A DNA stretch of 64,000 bases from assembly GCF_035084215.1 (NCBI RefSeq), contig NC_090333.1, positions 45,942,001 through 46,006,000 on the forward strand, read 5' to 3'. This DNA comes from Heptranchias perlo (taxonomy: Eukaryota). The notes beneath the pieces were generated by a model. The model was not told the origin of the DNA. It was given only the letters and a program-made list of their open reading frames with translations, and searched no databases. Positions 60,795 to 64,000 of this stretch are shown in pieces (positions within the stretch are counted from its first letter, which is position 1; each line of letters starts with the position of its first letter). Both the position numbers and the translations under genes were made by a program.

Positions 60795-61099
60795 ACCACG
60801 TCACACTTAACTAGTATCCAGAGTGGAACGGTTCAGCACAAATTGGTTACCAATTATTATGGGACCAAATACACTGATCAGCCAGGAGTTGTTGCAAGGT
60901 TTCAGATAATGGAATCCTGCAAAGTCAAGTGATAAAGTCATTATGAACGTGTCTATGGACATTTTGGTCGAGTACTGTAATGACCTAACTGAGAAATGAG
61001 ATAAAGTGGTCAGTATGCGACTCACAGCTCACAGTGTTGAGGTCGTGGCTCTTGGGAAAACAGCAGTATGATGCTCATGAGAAAAGGAAGAAAAACAGA

Positions 61100-61600
61100 T
61101 GCAACTGTCAGTTACAAATACATTTCAGGTCATGTTTGCTGACCTCGTCAGCAGGTTTCCCCAGACTTACATCGCACAGCATAAAGGAATCAAATGATTT
61201 CAAAAACTGTATTGAACTTTTTCTAGATATATTGGTTTACAATGCCTTTGTGGTGCACAAATCTGAAGTGACTTAACACCACAACTGATTACTATCAATT
61301 CTACTCGCAACTGATGGAATCTATCCTGATGGAAACATGAGTCTCATGGTGGATTAAAAAAAAACCTACAGCAGTTCATTGACAAGTAGTTCCTATCAAA
61401 ATCATTTAGCAGAAGCAAAAATTGCTTGGAATACTCACTACCCAGGAATACCATGCAAGAACATGAATTGTTTTGGGGGTGCCTCTATAAGCCTAAGCTT
61501 CCAAATGCACCATGCTGTGAATCAATTTGCACCAGACGTACTGCTGAATATGAAACTAAGAATCAACATGATTATTCTTGTATGCTTCAGAAAAATATAA
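61100..61600 (+). pseudogene. Possible piggyBac transposase C-terminal fossil
   Basis: KNCIELFLDILVYNAFVVHK resembles the piggyBac K..F.LLD.A..NA.V.Y motif; Cys-containing remnants ending ...CFRK follow at about the expected distance. Confidence 0.45.
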
Positions 61601-61849
61601 GAAAAATTACTTCAGCTATTATTACCATGCTGTTCTCACACTTGTGATTACTGGTGTTACAAATGCAACGTGGCAGGCATATTGATTTAATGCATCAAGC
61701 ACCTAGAAGCAGAAGTGTACCATTTTTTTGAAGACTGGTAATACTAATTTTAAGCGTGTGCATCCATTTTCTATATGGTGTGGAAGAGTCCACAATGTAG
61801 TCCCCAGTACTAGCAATATTGTTTGTATGCAATCGGTAGTATCCTTTCT

Positions 61850-62240
61850 CCCCAACAGGCATTGATTACTTACGATGGTGTTGTTCCATGAGGACCAGGT
61901 ATCCTCTGGTACTCCAGCTAAGTGACTATTGTCCACGAGTTCTGAAAGTGAGCATCAGCACTATCTGACTGCAGTGGGCACAATAACCGAGCCCAATTTT
62001 ATCCTCAGCTGACATATAAACTGCGCACTTCCAACAAGAATTGAGGAATAGTGATCAGGAGCAGGAGACTTGGCAATTTTAAATTTTTTTATCTGCTTTC
62101 CCCTTTATCGCCCAGGGTGCTAAGGCCAAATGTAGCAATCCTACTGCCACCAGGTTGAGAATGTCTAATTCATCACCAATCAGTGGTTGAACATGGGACA
62201 TCCCTGGTCTGGATAGACTCACTGAACCATCAGGGGAGCC
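61850..62240 (-). mobile_element. Old SINE family copy
   Basis: Reverse-complement head GGCTCCCCTGATGGTTCAGTGAG...CCAGGGATGTCCCATGTTCAACC; body shared with the other copies. Confidence 0.6.
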
Positions 62241-62529
62241 CGTTAGCCTTTCAAACTAAGTAACCTAAAGCAAATCCTGATTGTGTTCCACGGTAAGTGG
62301 GTATCAAAAAGTTGGTAATGATTTCACCTCTGGTCATCAGTTTTTTAAAATATAATTAGGGTCCTACGGGGGACATGGCTCACAAGAGCTATTAATGATA
62401 CTGAAAGACAGTGATGGGAGTACTCCATTGTTCAGAGGTGCAGCCCTTCTGACAGGTATGATTCTTGTAAAAGTTCCTGGGGTTATGTTTCTTTCAAAAG
62501 AAAACAAAAGGCTTTCAAATGATTGGACA

Positions 62530-62885
62530 GGTGTACACAGTAAGTAGCAGAGCCATACAGACCTCAATGGTCCCAGGGCTAATCCCAGTTAAATACCGAG
62601 TTAGCTGATATTAGCTGGGGGAATAGTAGGGGCATTGCAAGGTAACCAGCACCCCCAGGTTAACACTGGGAAAATCAACCAATGTTCCCATTCTTGATCA
62701 CTATTCATTAACCATTACTTGAAGTGTCCATATATAGATGTTGTGTGAAGACAGGATCTAACTCAGCTATGATGGCCATGCTCAGTGTACATGAACAAAG
62801 GTAATGGGTGAGATACCAATGGGCAACCGCTGCCTCTGGAACCATACTCCAGAAAGGAGTCAATGCTTTTAGGAGAAGGGGATGG
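62530..62885 (+). mobile_element. Old SINE family copy
   Basis: GAGCCATACAGACC...GGTCCCAGG...GAGTTAGCTGAT...GGAACCATAC...AGGAGAAGGGG. Confidence 0.6.
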
Positions 62886-63467
62886 ACGAGGAACAAAGTT
62901 GTGAGAAGGGGACAATGTGTCAGGTCCATTCAACTTGAAAATAAATCATCGAATCTACCAACACTCGCAGTTATACTTTGCACAGAATTGAACTTGACTG
63001 ACTTCTTTTGGAAATTACTGAGAGATTGAAGTATTCTACTGGAAATTTCACATGACACATGGAAGCATGCAACAAACAATAAATCACCATGTCCAAAAGC
63101 TTTGGGGGGTGATTTTCCTGTGGTTTATGCCTGCAGAATGCACAAGAAAAAGTAACAGAGGCCCATGATACCAGGTTTCTATCACTTTTATAGTGCCCTG
63201 AGATTTCTGGCACGTCCTCCGGGGAACGGATTGCCTGCATCTACAGATGATACTGTAACCATATCCTGTTCATGGAATTAATCAATCCAAATTGTTCAGC
63301 ACATTTGATAAGTGTACGGAACTACATATACAATCATTTGAGTATTGTGTTGAAAAGGCGATGGAGCTGATTTTCGTGTAGCCCCTTGTGCCTGGGCACT
63401 AATCAGAGAAAGTGCACTCGAACTGCACTGCACCTGACCAGACTTGAACCCACCTGGATTTCACAGA

Positions 63468-64000
63468 AGAATCATAGAAAGGTTACAGCATGGAAAGAGG
63501 CCATTCGGCCCATCGAGTCTGTGCCAGCTCTATGCAAGAGCAATTCAGCTAGTCCCACTCCCCCGCCCTATCACTGTAGCCCTGCAATTTTTTTCCTTTC
63601 AAGTACTTATCCAGTTCTCTTTTGAACGCCATGATTGAATCTGCCTCCACCACCCCCTCAGGCAGTGCAGTCCAGATCCTAACCACTCGCTATGTGAAAA
63701 AGTTTTTCCTCATGTCACCTTTGGCTCTTTTGTCAATCATCTTAAATCTATGTTCTCTGGTTCTTGACCGTTCTGTCAATGGGAACAGTTTCTCTCTATG
63801 TACTCTGTCTAGATCCTTCATGATTTTGAATACCTCTATCAAATCTCCTCACAACCTTCTCTGTTCCAAGGAGAACAACCCCAGCTTCTCCAGTCTATCC
63901 ACGTAACTAAAGTCCCTGATCCCTGGACTCATTTTAGTAAATCTCTTCTGCGCCCTCTCTAAGGCCTTGACATCCTTTCTAAAATACGGTGTCCAGAACT
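63468..64000 (-). mobile_element. CR1 3' fragment running off the window
   Basis: Tail AGAATCATAGAAAGGTTACAGCA...GGCCATTCGGCCCATCG, then antisense RT C-terminus similar to 53620-54070. Confidence 0.92.

Overview
This is eukaryotic, repeat-dense DNA with no recognisable host gene, most likely from a cartilaginous fish. That assignment is inferred from the repeat mix: CR1/HER1-like LINEs with an SGNH-esterase ORF1, L2, Tx1-like and Penelope elements, a DeuSINE fragment and many decayed PIF/Harbinger elements. Main landmarks are: (1) a ~6.1-kb G-rich tandem array (12690-18780; 31-bp then 24/23-bp units) whose three ~2000-aa minus-strand ORFs are artefacts and whose right edge runs into the terminal arm of a palindromic MITE also present at 25973-26107; (2) five pieces of one Penelope-like family, four with a minimal type-I hammerhead-ribozyme motif (one with compensatory stem changes), including ~100-bp mini-insertions; (3) two TIR/TSD-bounded Harbinger elements, one with only a transposase remnant and one with only a Myb/SANT gene remnant; (4) a triple-nested CR1 complex at 48-54.6 kb; (5) a young 5'-truncated CR1 with an uninterrupted RT frame. 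Family assignments come from motif recognition by eye, not database searches. Boundaries of old repeats are approximate.
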